Below are positions 40,299 to 50,168 of a stretch of DNA of 64,000 nucleotides, piece after piece. The DNA is taken from the NCBI GenBank assembly GCA_016208485.1, contig JACQXY010000010.1, positions 1,431 through 65,430 of the forward strand, in the 5' to 3' direction. How positions within the stretch are numbered: the stretch's first letter is position 1; every line of letters begins with the position of its first letter. Source of the stretch: Acidobacteriota bacterium. Its GTDB lineage: Bacteria > Actinomycetota > AC-67. The translations under genes and the position numbers were made by a program. The notes below the pieces were generated by a model, which worked only from the letters and a program-made list of their open reading frames with translations, did no database searches and was not told where the DNA came from.

Positions 40299-42050
40299 CT
40301 ACAGGGTCGGCCCGCCCGACGGGCTTTCGGTGGAGTTGGCCGACGGGGTCGGGCTCGGGGACTCGTACGGTTGCGCCACGATGATCGTGACCGTGGAGCC
40401 CTGGTCGACCTCCGTGTCGGGCGGCGGGTCCTGAGCGCAAACCCGGCCGGGCTCCTGCTGGCAGTCGAAGTAGCTCGCTCGGTACTGGACCGCGGGCACG
40501 AGGCCACGGCCCTCGATTCGCAGGCGCGCCTCGTCTTCCGTGAGCCCGACCACGTCGGGCACGAGAACGGTCGGCTTGCCGCTCGAGATCACGAGGTCGA
40601 CCGGCTGGCCGGCCTTGATGGAGTACCCGGCCTTCGGGCTCTGCTCGATGACCCTGTCCTTGGGCACCGAGTCGCTCGGGCGGCGGGTGGTCTCGCCCAC
40701 CTTGAGGCCCACTTTGGTGAGGATCTCGCGCGCCTTGCTCTCGGTCTTGCCTCGCAGATCGGGTGTCTTCACGAGCTGCGACCCGCTCGAGGGGGTGAGG
40801 GTCACCGTCCTGCCCTTCTGGTACCGCTCGCCCGGCGCCGGGCTCTGGAGCATGACCATCCCCGAGGCGAACTCGTCGCTCGGCACCGAGGCCTCGATGG
40901 ACACGTCGAATCCCTTGCGTTTCAGGATGTCCTGCGCCCGGCCGACTGCCTGCCCGATCACGCTCGGCACCGTCGCGTACCGGGGTCCGGTGAGCGCGCC
41001 GGCGGCGGCCCACACGAGCGCGCCGGCGGCCGCCAGCGCGATCAAGGTGAGCAGGACGTACCCCGCCGCCCGGCGGTGGCTCGCCGAGGCGGCCTCGAGC
41101 GAGCGCGTGGTCGCACTCGGCGCCCGCGCGCCTCGGGCGACCACGACGGTCTCCTCGGCGAGCGGGCTAACGACGCCGGTCGCGTCGTGGAGGACAGGCG
41201 TGGCGCTCACCGGCCGCCCCGCGAGCCAGCGGAGGATGTCCTCCCTGAGCTCCTGGGCCGTCTGGTAGCGGTTCGCCGGGTTCTTCGCGAGCGCCTTCAT
41301 CACGACGGCTTCGAGCGCCGGCGGGACGTCGGGGTTGAGGCGCGACGGGGGGATGGGGGACTCCTTCACGTGCTTGTAGGCGATCGCGACCGGAGAGGAC
41401 CCGGTGAACGGCACCTGGCGCGTGAGCATCTCGTAGAGGACGATGCCGAGCGAGTAGACGTCGGAGCGGTGATCGACCGGCTTCCCCTCGGCCTGCTCCG
41501 GGGAGAAGTACTGCGCGGTGCCGAGCACGGTCGCGGTCTGCGTGACCGATTCCCCCGACATCGCGCGGGCGATCCCGAAGTCGGTCACCTTCACCGAGCC
41601 GTCGGAGGTGACCATGATGTTTCCCGGTTTCACGTCGCGGTGGACGATCCCGCGCGAGTGCGCGAACGCGAGCGCCGCGCAGACCTCGGAGGCGACCTCG
41701 CCGGCGCGCTCCGGCAGCAACGGCCCCTCCTCGCGGATGATCTCTCTCAAGGTCTTCCCGTCAACGAACTCCATCACGATGTAGTTGATCCCGTCGTCCG
41801 AGCCGGTGTCGTAGACGGCGACGATGTTCGGGTGGTTGAGGGCGGCGGCCGACTGCGCCTCGCGGCGGAAGCGCGCGATGAAGTGCGGGTCCTCCGCGAA
41901 CTGGGGGAGGAGCATCTTGACGGCGACGGTGCGGCCGAGCGTCCGGTCGCGCCCGAGGAGGACGTCGGCCATTCCCCCGGTCCCGAGCTTGCGCGACAGC
42001 TCGTACCGCTTGGAGAGCACCTTCGCGTTGCCGCCGGTCTTCGAGCTCAC
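40299..42050 (-). CDS. pknB: Ser/Thr protein kinase with C-terminal PASTA repeats (PknB-type)
   Basis: Kinase subdomains VAVKML, HRDVKPGNIM and DFGIA. TM helix and then repeated PASTA modules. Confidence 0.9.
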   Translation of the reverse strand: MSSKTGGNAKVLSKRYELSRKLGTGGMADVLLGRDRTLGRTVAVKMLLPQFAEDPHFIARFRREAQSAAALNHPNIVAVYDTGSDDGINYIVMEFVDGKTLREIIREEGPLLPERAGEVASEVCAALAFAHSRGIVHRDVKPGNIMVTSDGSVKVTDFGIARAMSGESVTQTATVLGTAQYFSPEQAEGKPVDHRSDVYSLGIVLYEMLTRQVPFTGSSPVAIAYKHVKESPIPPSRLNPDVPPALEAVVMKALAKNPANRYQTAQELREDILRWLAGRPVSATPVLHDATGVVSPLAEETVVVARGARAPSATTRSLEAASASHRRAAGYVLLTLIALAAAGALVWAAAGALTGPRYATVPSVIGQAVGRAQDILKRKGFDVSIEASVPSDEFASGMVMLQSPAPGERYQKGRTVTLTPSSGSQLVKTPDLRGKTESKAREILTKVGLKVGETTRRPSDSVPKDRVIEQSPKAGYSIKAGQPVDLVISSGKPTVLVPDVVGLTEDEARLRIEGRGLVPAVQYRASYFDCQQEPGRVCAQDPPPDTEVDQGSTVTIIVAQPYESPSPTPSANSTESPSGGPTL

Positions 42051-42128
42051 CCGGTCAATCTCCTCCTTGGAGCCGGGGCGGCCGCTGCTCGACCCGAGCC
42101 CCCGCGCTCCGTTCGTCTCAATGATGCC

Positions 42129-43601
42129 TCATCGGACGGCCGTTCTCTGGAAGGCCTCGATCACCTTGCGGGCGATCGGGCCGGCCACCTTGCCCCCGGT
42201 CGCCTCGCTGCGCAAGTCGCCGCCGTGCTCGACGACGACCGCGACGGCGATTCCGGGGGCGAATGCCACGAACCAAACGTGCGGGGCCTCGCCCTCGACT
42301 CCGGTCTGCGCCGTCCCGGTCTTGCCCCCGATTCCTCGGCCGCGGAACCCGACGACCCGCCCGGTCCCGAAGCGGACGACGTCGATCATCATCTCGCGCA
42401 GCCACTTCGCCACCTTCCGCGAGTAGACGGGGCCCTCGCGCGCAGGGGCGAAGCGGCGCACGACGAAGCCGGAGTAGTCCTGCACCTCCCGGACGACGTG
42501 AGGCCGGACCAGGTAGCCGCCGTTCTGGACGGCGGCGGCGACCAGGGCCATCTGGAGCGGCGTCACGCGGACGTTCTGCTGGCCGAAGGCGGACTTGGCG
42601 ACCTCGGCCTTCGGCATGGACGGGTCGCTGCACTCGCCGGCGATCGTGCGGAGGCAGCTCGGAGCGGCGGGGATGTCGAGACCGGACTCCCGGTTGAGTC
42701 CGAACCGGGTGGCCATGTCGTAGAGCTTCTTCCATCCGAGCCTCAAGCCGATTCGCGCGAAGGCGGTGTTGCACGACACGAGCAACGCGCGGCGCACCGA
42801 TCCGCCGCAGGTGCTGCCCCCGAAGTTGCGAACCGGCTTGGACTGCCCGGGAAGGTGCAGCGCGCGGTCGAAGGGCAACCGAGTCGCCGGGGTCATCTTC
42901 CCCAACTCGAGCGCGGCCGCCGCCGTGATGATCTTGAAGGTGGATCCCGGCGGGTAGTGCTCCCGGAACGCGCGCGAGAGCAGCGGCTTCGCCGGGTCGG
43001 CGTTGAGGCGCGACCAGGCCCGGTCGGCGCGGGCGAAGTCGTGCGTGGAGAGCGGACCGGGGTCGTAGCTGGGGTTGCCCCAGAGCGCGAGCACTTCCCC
43101 GGTCTCCGGGTCGATCGCCGCCACGCCGCCGCGCTGGCGGCCGAGCGCCGCGCGGGCGATGCGCTGGAGTTCGGGGTCGATCGTGAGCACGACGGTGTTC
43201 CCCCTGCGCGGTCGCCCGAGGAAATCGTCGAGCAGATCGCTCGGCTTGGACGGCTCATCCCCCGTGAGGTAGCCGTTGTACTTGCTCTCTACCATCCACG
43301 CGCCGTATCGGAAGGAGTAGTAGCCGGAGATCTGCCCGAACAGATCGCCGAGCGGGTATCGGCGCACGTACTTCAGCGCGTCGCGGGTGGTCCTCGACTC
43401 GGCGACGACCTCCCCCCCGGCGACGATCGTGCCGCGCTCGGTGGAGTACTCGTTGATGATGCGCCGCCGGTTCCACTCCTTCGCGGTCTCGGTGCCCAGG
43501 ATCTGGCTCGAGCGGCTCACCTGAACGAGGTTCAGGTTCGCGAGCAACGCCGCGAAGGCGAGTCCGAGCGCGAGCGCCACGCGCCGGATCGAGCGGTTCA
43601 A
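42129..43601 (-). CDS. pbpA: Penicillin-binding protein 2-type transpeptidase
   Basis: STFK active-site motif (PPGSTFKIITAAAAL), SCN (LVSCNTAF) and KTG (GGKTGTA) motifs. Start (TTG at 43601) is uncertain. Confidence 0.85.
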   Translation of the reverse strand: MNRSIRRVALALGLAFAALLANLNLVQVSRSSQILGTETAKEWNRRRIINEYSTERGTIVAGGEVVAESRTTRDALKYVRRYPLGDLFGQISGYYSFRYGAWMVESKYNGYLTGDEPSKPSDLLDDFLGRPRRGNTVVLTIDPELQRIARAALGRQRGGVAAIDPETGEVLALWGNPSYDPGPLSTHDFARADRAWSRLNADPAKPLLSRAFREHYPPGSTFKIITAAAALELGKMTPATRLPFDRALHLPGQSKPVRNFGGSTCGGSVRRALLVSCNTAFARIGLRLGWKKLYDMATRFGLNRESGLDIPAAPSCLRTIAGECSDPSMPKAEVAKSAFGQQNVRVTPLQMALVAAAVQNGGYLVRPHVVREVQDYSGFVVRRFAPAREGPVYSRKVAKWLREMMIDVVRFGTGRVVGFRGRGIGGKTGTAQTGVEGEAPHVWFVAFAPGIAVAVVVEHGGDLRSEATGGKVAGPIARKVIEAFQRTAVR

Positions 43602-44878
43602 TCGACGGCCTCCGCATCCGACATGCGGATCAGCAGACCGACGAGCACGAAGTTGGTCAGGAGGCTCGACCCTCCGTAGGCGACGAAGGGCAGCGTGATG
43701 CCGGTGAGCGGGACGAGCCGCGATACACCGGCCATGATGAGGAGCGCCTGGATGCCGACGATCGTGGTCAGGCCGGTGGCGAGGAGCGTCCCGAACGCAT
43801 CGCGCGACCGGAGCGCGATCCGCAGGCCCCGCGCCACAAGGAGGCCGAAAAGCAGCGCGATCGCGGTGGTCCCGAGCAGACCCAGCTCCTCGCCGATCGC
43901 CGAGAAGATGAAGTCGGTGGGGATCGTCGCCCCCCGGCCGGGCTGGATGAGTCCGGGGTGGCCCCGTCCCAGCCCGGTTCCGGAGATCCCGCCGGTCGCC
44001 AGCGCCCAGACGGACTGGCCGATCTGGAATCCGGCGCCCTCGATGCGGCTCCAGGGATCGAGCCAGGCCGCGATCCGGGTCTGGACGTGGCCGAAGGCGT
44101 GGTAGGTGAACCAGACCCCGCCGGCGAACAGCGCGAGCCCAGTGCCGGCGTAGGACGCGCGCGCCGTGGCCACGTAGAGCGTGACGACGAACAGGGCGAA
44201 GAACAGGACCGACGACCCGAGGTCCCGCTCCCAAACGATTAGCGCGAGCGACAGCCCCCACGCGAGGATGAGCGGGCCGAAGTGGCGCGGCGCCGGGAGC
44301 TCCAACGGCCCGATCCTCATGGAGGCGATGGTCATAACCTCCCGCTTCTGGGCGAGATAGCCGGCGAGGAAGGTCGCGAGGATCACCTTCGCGAGCTCGG
44401 CCGGCTGGAAGTTGAGCGTCCCGACCCGAACCCACAGCCGCGCGCCCCCCACCGACCGGCCGATCGACGGCGCGAGCGGGAGCAGCAGGAGGGCGATCCC
44501 GAGCAGCATGAGGGAGTACCGGAAGCGCTCCAGGCTCCGGTGATCGCGCACGAGGGCGAGCGTCGCGGTGAAGGCCGCGATCCCGGTTCCGATCCAGGCG
44601 AGCTGGGGACCCCCGAGCGCCGGGTCGAGCCGGCGGATCATGACGTAGCCGAAGGCGGCGAGCAGCATCGCGATGGGCAGCAGAAGTGGGTCGGCGCGCG
44701 GAGCGAAGCGGCGCACGGCGACGTGGACGACGGCGATCCCCGCGGCGAAGAGCGCGGCGTGGGCGGCGATTCCGGGCGGCACTGCCGCCTCGCGCGCGAA
44801 GGAGACGAGCGCGAAGGCCGCGAGCGCGATGATCCCGGCGAGGATGAGGAGAGACAGCTCGGCGCTGCGCGGTTTCAC
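43598..44878 (-). CDS. rodA: FtsW/RodA/SpoVE-family peptidoglycan glycosyltransferase
   Basis: About 10 TM helices with SEDS motifs (GxRLWxxxGxxxFQPAELAK). GTG start at 44878. Confidence 0.85.
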   Translation of the reverse strand: MKPRSAELSLLILAGIIALAAFALVSFAREAAVPPGIAAHAALFAAGIAVVHVAVRRFAPRADPLLLPIAMLLAAFGYVMIRRLDPALGGPQLAWIGTGIAAFTATLALVRDHRSLERFRYSLMLLGIALLLLPLAPSIGRSVGGARLWVRVGTLNFQPAELAKVILATFLAGYLAQKREVMTIASMRIGPLELPAPRHFGPLILAWGLSLALIVWERDLGSSVLFFALFVVTLYVATARASYAGTGLALFAGGVWFTYHAFGHVQTRIAAWLDPWSRIEGAGFQIGQSVWALATGGISGTGLGRGHPGLIQPGRGATIPTDFIFSAIGEELGLLGTTAIALLFGLLVARGLRIALRSRDAFGTLLATGLTTIVGIQALLIMAGVSRLVPLTGITLPFVAYGGSSLLTNFVLVGLLIRMSDAEAVD

Positions 44879-46029
44879 GGTCCGCCTCCGGGTGGGCCGG
44901 TCGGGAGCGCAGGCCCCGGCGAGCCCGACGCCGCAGGCGCCGGGCCGAGGGCGCCGCGGATGTTCTCGACGATGCGGCGCGCTTCGAGGAGCGTCCGGGC
45001 GCGCAGGCCCTCGGCCAGGCGCGGCCGGTAGTAGGCCGCCACATCGTTCACGCGGATGGGCGTGCGCTCCTCGACGCGGGCAAGCCCCCTCAGCGGGCTG
45101 TCCGGCAGGCCCCGGAAGATCGCGACGCGCCCGCCGTCCACTCCGACGAAGTAGTTGCGGCCGGCGACCGCTCTCACCACGACCCAGGCGCCGATGGCTG
45201 TGGAGAGGATGACCAGACACCAGGTTAGTGTCCTGGTCGCCCGGGGCCGGCCCGGCCGCGATCGCGGCCGCCGTGCCGCGGGAGCAGGCGAGGGGGGGTC
45301 GTCGCTTCCGTGCTCGATCAGCACCACGGTGACGTTGTCCGGCCCGCCCCGGGCGTTGGCGAGCGCGACGAGGCCGCGGCAAGCCGCGTCGAGGTCCGGG
45401 TCGGCGCCGGCCAGCCGGAGGATCTCCTCGTCCGAGACGGGTCCGGTGAGGCCGTCGGAGCAGAGCAGGAGGCGGTCTCCGGGAAGCAGGTCGAGGTCGG
45501 CCTGGTCCACGAGCACGCTCGGCTCCGACCCGAGCGCGCGGAGCAGCAGCGAGCGGTGCGGGTGTGTCGCCGCCTCCTCCGGGGAGAGAGATCCTTCCCG
45601 GACGCGCCGCGCGACCACGGTGTGGTCCTCGGTCAGGCGGCGGATCTCTCCGGCGCGGATGAGGTAGCAGCGGGAGTCCCCGACGTGGGCGATCCGGGCG
45701 ACGCCGCCGCGGACGGCAAGGGCCGTCAGGGTGGTCCCCATCCCGGAGAGGTCCGCGTTGCCCCGGGCTCGCTCGTACACCTCGCGGTTGGCCCGCTGCA
45801 CCGCCGCGGTGAGATCGCGGAAGCTGTCGTCCGGCGGCGCGGCGGCCAGCGCCGCGATCGGCTCGAGCGAGAGGGCGCTCGCCACCTCGCCGGCCCGGTG
45901 GCCTCCGAGCCCGTCGGCCACGGCGAACACGGCCGCGCCCACGAAGAGGGAGTCCTCGTTGCGCTCGCGCGCGCGGCCGACGTCGCTGAGCGCCGCGGCC
46001 CGCAGCCGGCCGGCGCCCGGCGCCGTCAC
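44875..46029 (-). CDS. pstP: PP2C-family Ser/Thr phosphatase with a C-terminal TM and extracellular segment
   Basis: PP2C motifs FAVADGLGGH and GGPDNVTVV. GTG start overlaps the fhaB stop. Confidence 0.85.
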   Translation of the reverse strand: MTAPGAGRLRAAALSDVGRARERNEDSLFVGAAVFAVADGLGGHRAGEVASALSLEPIAALAAAPPDDSFRDLTAAVQRANREVYERARGNADLSGMGTTLTALAVRGGVARIAHVGDSRCYLIRAGEIRRLTEDHTVVARRVREGSLSPEEAATHPHRSLLLRALGSEPSVLVDQADLDLLPGDRLLLCSDGLTGPVSDEEILRLAGADPDLDAACRGLVALANARGGPDNVTVVLIEHGSDDPPSPAPAARRPRSRPGRPRATRTLTWCLVILSTAIGAWVVVRAVAGRNYFVGVDGGRVAIFRGLPDSPLRGLARVEERTPIRVNDVAAYYRPRLAEGLRARTLLEARRIVENIRGALGPAPAASGSPGPALPTGPPGGGP

Positions 46030-46469
46030 CGGCGCACCTCGATGAGGGTCTTGCCGACCCGGACCTCGTCGCCGTCGGCGATCGGCGAGGGGCCGGTGAC
46101 CTTCATCCGGTTCAGGTACGTGCCGTTGGTGGAGCCGAGGTCCTCGACGAACCAGGCGCCTTCGCGGGCGAACAGCCTCGCGTGCATCTGGGAGCAATAG
46201 GTGTCCTGAAGCACGACCTGGCAGGAATCCTCCCGCCCGATCACGACCTCGGCGCGGAGCGGAAAGGGCTTCGCCGGTTGGTCCGGCTCGCGCACGAGGA
46301 TGGTTCTCGGAGTCCCCCGGTGCCGGCGCTTCCCGGAGCCCGCGGCCGGGCGCGGCGCGCGGGTTCCGACCAGGTCCAGGTGAATGACCCGGACCGCGCG
46401 CGCGATGAACAGGTACAGGAGGGCGAGGAACAGCCACTTGAGAGACGTGAGGACGACCGGGGGCACTAC
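46026..46469 (-). CDS. fhaB: FHA-domain protein with an N-terminal TM helix
   Basis: FHA core VIGREDSCQVVLQDTYCSQMHARL...GSTNGTYLN. The start is placed at a GTG (46469) overlapping the fhaA stop by analogy with FhaB-type proteins, which begin at the TM helix, rather than at the ORF-track first codon (46595), whose 42 extra N-terminal residues are Arg/Pro/Gly-rich. Confidence 0.75.
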   Translation of the reverse strand, partial: VVPPVVLTSLKWLFLALLYLFIARAVRVIHLDLVGTRAPRPAAGSGKRRHRGTPRTILVREPDQPAKPFPLRAEVVIGREDSCQVVLQDTYCSQMHARLFAREGAWFVEDLGSTNGTYLNRMKVTGPSPIADGDEVRVGKTLIEVRR

Positions 46470-47179
46470 GGCCTCCGGAACTCGAGGACGGTCTCCCCGA
46501 GCGCGATGCGGTCGCCCGGCACCAGCCGGTGGCGCCCGACCCTGCGACCGTTGACGTCGGTCCCGTTGGTGGACCCGAGGTCGATCAGAACCCACTCGTC
46601 ACCTTCCCGGCGGATCTCGGCGTGACGGCGCGAGACCCCCGGATCCGGCAGCATCACGTCGGAGGTGTCGAGCCGTCCCAGGACGAGAGCCTCCTTGGAC
46701 AGCGGCCAGTGTCTGCCCTGCTTGCCGACTTGGACCAGCTCGGCGTCGGCGTCGAGCGACATCCGGATGAGCTGCGTCTGCGGTCCGGCCTCCGGCTCCG
46801 CGCGCGCGCCCTCGGCGAAGTCGGCCTGCACATCGAAGGTGCCCGCCTTCCGGCGCGGGTCGGCGGCGAGGTGGATGTCCGGCGGCCCGAGGAGCTTCCA
46901 GCCCTCGCTCGCCGCCGCGCGCCGGGCCACCGCGGCCAGCTCCCGCACCAGGGCCGAGCGAACCGGATCCAGGCGCTCGAAGTCCTTGGCTGAGAGCAGG
47001 AAAGCGAACTGGTTCGGGACGTACGTGCTCGAAACCGAGACCCGCTTGCCGTCCTCCATCGCGCGAACCATGCGCTTGCCGAGCTCCACGGGCTGGACGC
47101 CGCCGCCGGGGAGCGCGCGGGCGAAGAAGCCCTCGACGATCCCTTCGAGGCGCTTCTCGAACTCGCGCAGGATTCCCAT
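46466..47179 (-). CDS. fhaA: FHA-domain protein FhaA (DUF3662 plus FHA)
   Basis: N-terminal MGILREFEKRLEGIVEGFFARA (DUF3662). C-terminal FHA LVLGRLDTSDVMLPDPGVSRRHAEI...GSTNGTDVNG. Confidence 0.8.
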   Translation of the reverse strand: MGILREFEKRLEGIVEGFFARALPGGGVQPVELGKRMVRAMEDGKRVSVSSTYVPNQFAFLLSAKDFERLDPVRSALVRELAAVARRAAASEGWKLLGPPDIHLAADPRRKAGTFDVQADFAEGARAEPEAGPQTQLIRMSLDADAELVQVGKQGRHWPLSKEALVLGRLDTSDVMLPDPGVSRRHAEIRREGDEWVLIDLGSTNGTDVNGRRVGRHRLVPGDRIALGETVLEFRRP

Positions 47180-47288
47180 CGGCCGCTCCCTCGACGCCAG
47201 CGGAGATTCTAGCCGCGGGCACCCCTCCCGCCGTCGCCCGAAAGGGCAGGCAGGCCGGGCTCGAGGCGCTGGTAGACTGGGTGCCCGC

Positions 47289-47373
<85 letters not shown>

Positions 47374-47587
47374 CGAATCCCTGTTGAGGCGTGGAGTCGC
47401 TCGCCGGGCTCCGCCCGACGACGGTGTCGCAAATCCGGGCGATCCAGGGTAGCCGGAGAAATCGCACCGTCCCCCTCTTCCGCTGGAGGGGGATGTGGAA
47501 GAGAATGTCTTGCCCCGCCGATACCGGCGGAGGGGAGAGATCGTCCATGGAGACGTTCCGGTGGCCATGGGGAGGAGGGAATCGCCG

Positions 47588-48448
47588 ATGCGAAGGAGAT
47601 CTCTCGCGCTCGCGGTTCTGTGGGTGATCTTCGCGGCGCTGCTCGCGGCGGCGGGGGTCGCGATCGCGAGCGATTGCGGGAACCACGACTGGAACGGAAG
47701 CTGCGAGACTCCGGAGAACCAGGTGTCCTGCGCCACCGGGAACCTGCGGCCGGATCAGCCCATCGGCGCCCGGCTGTACTCCCAGAATGCGGAGGTCTCG
47801 GTCTGTAGCGACGACGGTCCTGTGTGGCAGGGGCGGGTGATAGCGACCGTGAGCCGGCCCACGCAACATGGCGGCGGGGTCTCGCTGGCCCATGACGGCG
47901 ATGCCGACAACGTGTGGGCGCTCCAGGGCTGGTACCGCGTGGCCTGGTTTCCGATGACCGGCTTCCCGCCCTACCCCGGCTACGTTCGAGGGGACTGCGG
48001 GGACGCGAACTCCTGGCAGGTTCCCGGTAAGGCGTGCGGTCCTCAGCTCCAGTTCATGCCCGCGTCGTGTGGGGGGGGCGAGGGTGCGGAGGACTTCAAC
48101 GGGAACTGCGAGAAGAATCAGGAAGTCCGCTGCGGGACCGGAATGCTCCCCCGCGGCGCCTGGGGGAAGATCATCGAGCCCTACGACATCTGGCACAACC
48201 CGCTCGGGGCATCCGCCTACGGGAACGGGAAGGCCGAGGTGTCGGCATGCAACAACGGCGCGTATCTCGGGCCGCAAGGTCGGGTCTACGCGGCGACCGA
48301 CGGCAGCAGGGCATGGGCCGCCTACGACGGGGACCCGAGCAACGCGCCCCTTCTTCGGGGATGGACCAGGGTGTCGGTGTCCTCCCAGGGCGCCGAGCTT
48401 CGGTGCGGATCCGGCGACTCGTTCTACGAGGCCGGGTCCTCCTGCTGA
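47588..48448 (+). CDS. Secreted cysteine-rich protein made of two internally repeated about 130-aa modules
   Basis: Signal peptide MRRRSLALAVLWVIFAALLAAAGVAIA with GGAGGAGG RBS. The modules align with each other (NGSCETPENQVSCATG...AEVSVCSDDGP...LQGWYRV against NGNCEKNQEVRCGTG...AEVSACNNGAY...LRGWTRV). Confidence 0.55.
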   Translation: MRRRSLALAVLWVIFAALLAAAGVAIASDCGNHDWNGSCETPENQVSCATGNLRPDQPIGARLYSQNAEVSVCSDDGPVWQGRVIATVSRPTQHGGGVSLAHDGDADNVWALQGWYRVAWFPMTGFPPYPGYVRGDCGDANSWQVPGKACGPQLQFMPASCGGGEGAEDFNGNCEKNQEVRCGTGMLPRGAWGKIIEPYDIWHNPLGASAYGNGKAEVSACNNGAYLGPQGRVYAATDGSRAWAAYDGDPSNAPLLRGWTRVSVSSQGAELRCGSGDSFYEAGSSC

Positions 48449-48503
48449 GATCATCGCGATGAAAGAGGGGGCCGCTCGGCCCCCTCTTTCGTGAGAGGCT
48501 TCT

Positions 48504-50036
48504 TCAGCCGACGGCCGTGCCGCAGCCTGCGCAGAACTTCGCCCCGCGCGCGAGCGGCGCGCCGCAACTCGAGCAGAAGTGCGGGGCCGCCGACTGCGCG
48601 GCCTCCGGCGCCGAAGCCGCGGCCGGCTGCTCCTCTGGAGCCGCCGGGGCTGCCGGGGGAGGCGGCTGGAAACCGACCGGCGCGATGGACACCACGGGGG
48701 GAGGCAGCGCCGGCTCGGGAGGCGCAGAGGCGGCCGGGGGCGCGCTCGGCTCGGGAGGCGCGGGAGGCGCGGGCGGCGTGAACGGCGCCGGCGGAGGAGG
48801 TGCCGGGGCGCCGTAGGGAGCCGCTCCGGGAGCCGGAGCCGGGTATGCAACGGCGAGCGTCCGCTTCCGCTTGCTCCTCGCGAAGGCGAACCCGCCCGCG
48901 AGCACGACCACGGCGCCTCCGGCGATCGCCGCGATCAGGGCCGTCGGCGAACTCTTCTGAGTCGCGGCCAGCTCTGCCGCCTTGGTCTTGAAGGCCTGGG
49001 CCTCGCGGTGCGACGGAACGCGGGTGAGTACCTCGTCGAACTTCGTGAGCGCGGCCTTCCCGTCGCCGGCGAAGTAGAGCTGGAGCCCCTCACGATAGAG
49101 GCGGTCCACCGTCCCGAGCTGGTTCTTCACTCCGGCGCGCGTGAGGACCTCGGAGATGAGGGAGGATGGGGAGATGAAGTTGAACGCCTCGGTCTCCCCG
49201 ACGATGTTGAACGAGTTGATCCCGACGACCCGTCCCTGAAGGTCCACGGTCGGCCCGCCGCTCATTCCGCCGGAGAGAGCGGCGCTCATCTCGTAGACGG
49301 GGAGCAGGCCCTCCTCGCGGGTCTTCTTGGCGCTGATCTTGCCGTCCTTGAAGGTCGGCTCGAGGCTTTGGTCGGTCACCATGTCGGTCGAGGCCGGATA
49401 CCCGACCGAGAGAATGGGAGTCCCGATCTGGATTTCCGAGGAAGGCGCGATCTGGACGACCGAGAGGTTCTCCGCCTCGACCTTGAGGAGGGCGACGTCG
49501 CCCTTGCTGACCGCGTTGATCCCGACAACGCGCGCCGGCTTCGCGTCGCCGGTCTTCAATCCCGAGAGCGCCACGCCGTGCTGGACGTAGACGGTCCGGT
49601 CGGGCGGCGACCCCTTCACCTTGCCCTCGACCCCCCAGTTGGCGTAGGCGGTCTCCAAGTACGACGCGCGATCCGAGGCGGGGATCGCGTTTTGCGCGAT
49701 CAGCCAGTCGACGGCCTGCTCCAGCGCGCCCCCCCGCGCGCCTTCGATGCCCGGGTCCACGCAGTGGCCGGCGGTCACGATGTAGCCGCTCGGCTCCACG
49801 ACGAAGCCGCTGCAGCGGATGGCCCACTCGAACGGATCGCCGTTCTGGATGAAGCCCACTCCCGGCACGCGAACCCAGGCCTTCCAGTAGATCTCCAGGT
49901 ACACCATCGCCGGGCTCACGATTGCGGAGGTCTTCTCCTCGGGCGTCGCCTGGACGGGCTTGGCCGAGACGCTCGACGGGAGCAGGATGAGCGCCGCGGC
50001 AAGGAGAACCGCGGAAAGGGCGGAGGCTCTGCGCAT
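48504..50036 (-). CDS. Trypsin-like (S1) serine protease domain, then a TM helix, a Pro/Ala-rich linker and a C-terminal double-CxxC zinc ribbon
   Basis: Signal peptide. His region TAGHC. Ser region GGMSGGP (GDSGGP-like). TM AAIAGGAVVVLAGGFAFA. C-terminus HFCSSCGAPLARGAKFCAGCG. Confidence 0.7.
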   Translation of the reverse strand: MRRASALSAVLLAAALILLPSSVSAKPVQATPEEKTSAIVSPAMVYLEIYWKAWVRVPGVGFIQNGDPFEWAIRCSGFVVEPSGYIVTAGHCVDPGIEGARGGALEQAVDWLIAQNAIPASDRASYLETAYANWGVEGKVKGSPPDRTVYVQHGVALSGLKTGDAKPARVVGINAVSKGDVALLKVEAENLSVVQIAPSSEIQIGTPILSVGYPASTDMVTDQSLEPTFKDGKISAKKTREEGLLPVYEMSAALSGGMSGGPTVDLQGRVVGINSFNIVGETEAFNFISPSSLISEVLTRAGVKNQLGTVDRLYREGLQLYFAGDGKAALTKFDEVLTRVPSHREAQAFKTKAAELAATQKSSPTALIAAIAGGAVVVLAGGFAFARSKRKRTLAVAYPAPAPGAAPYGAPAPPPPAPFTPPAPPAPPEPSAPPAASAPPEPALPPPVVSIAPVGFQPPPPAAPAAPEEQPAAASAPEAAQSAAPHFCSSCGAPLARGAKFCAGCGTAVG

Positions 50037-50168
50037 GAAGACTCCTTTCGACAGGGGACGGCGCCGCGAGTCTCCCCCGAATCCGGCGCGCGCGTCCCAT
50101 CGGCGAGGCCGTTCCCAGGCTAGTCGCGAGAGGGGGTTGGGTCAAAGGTCTCTGTTAGGCTTGGACCG

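Noticed and set aside
40371-43679. 1102-aa plus-strand ORF
   Set aside because: Antisense to pknB and pbpA. Composition artefact.
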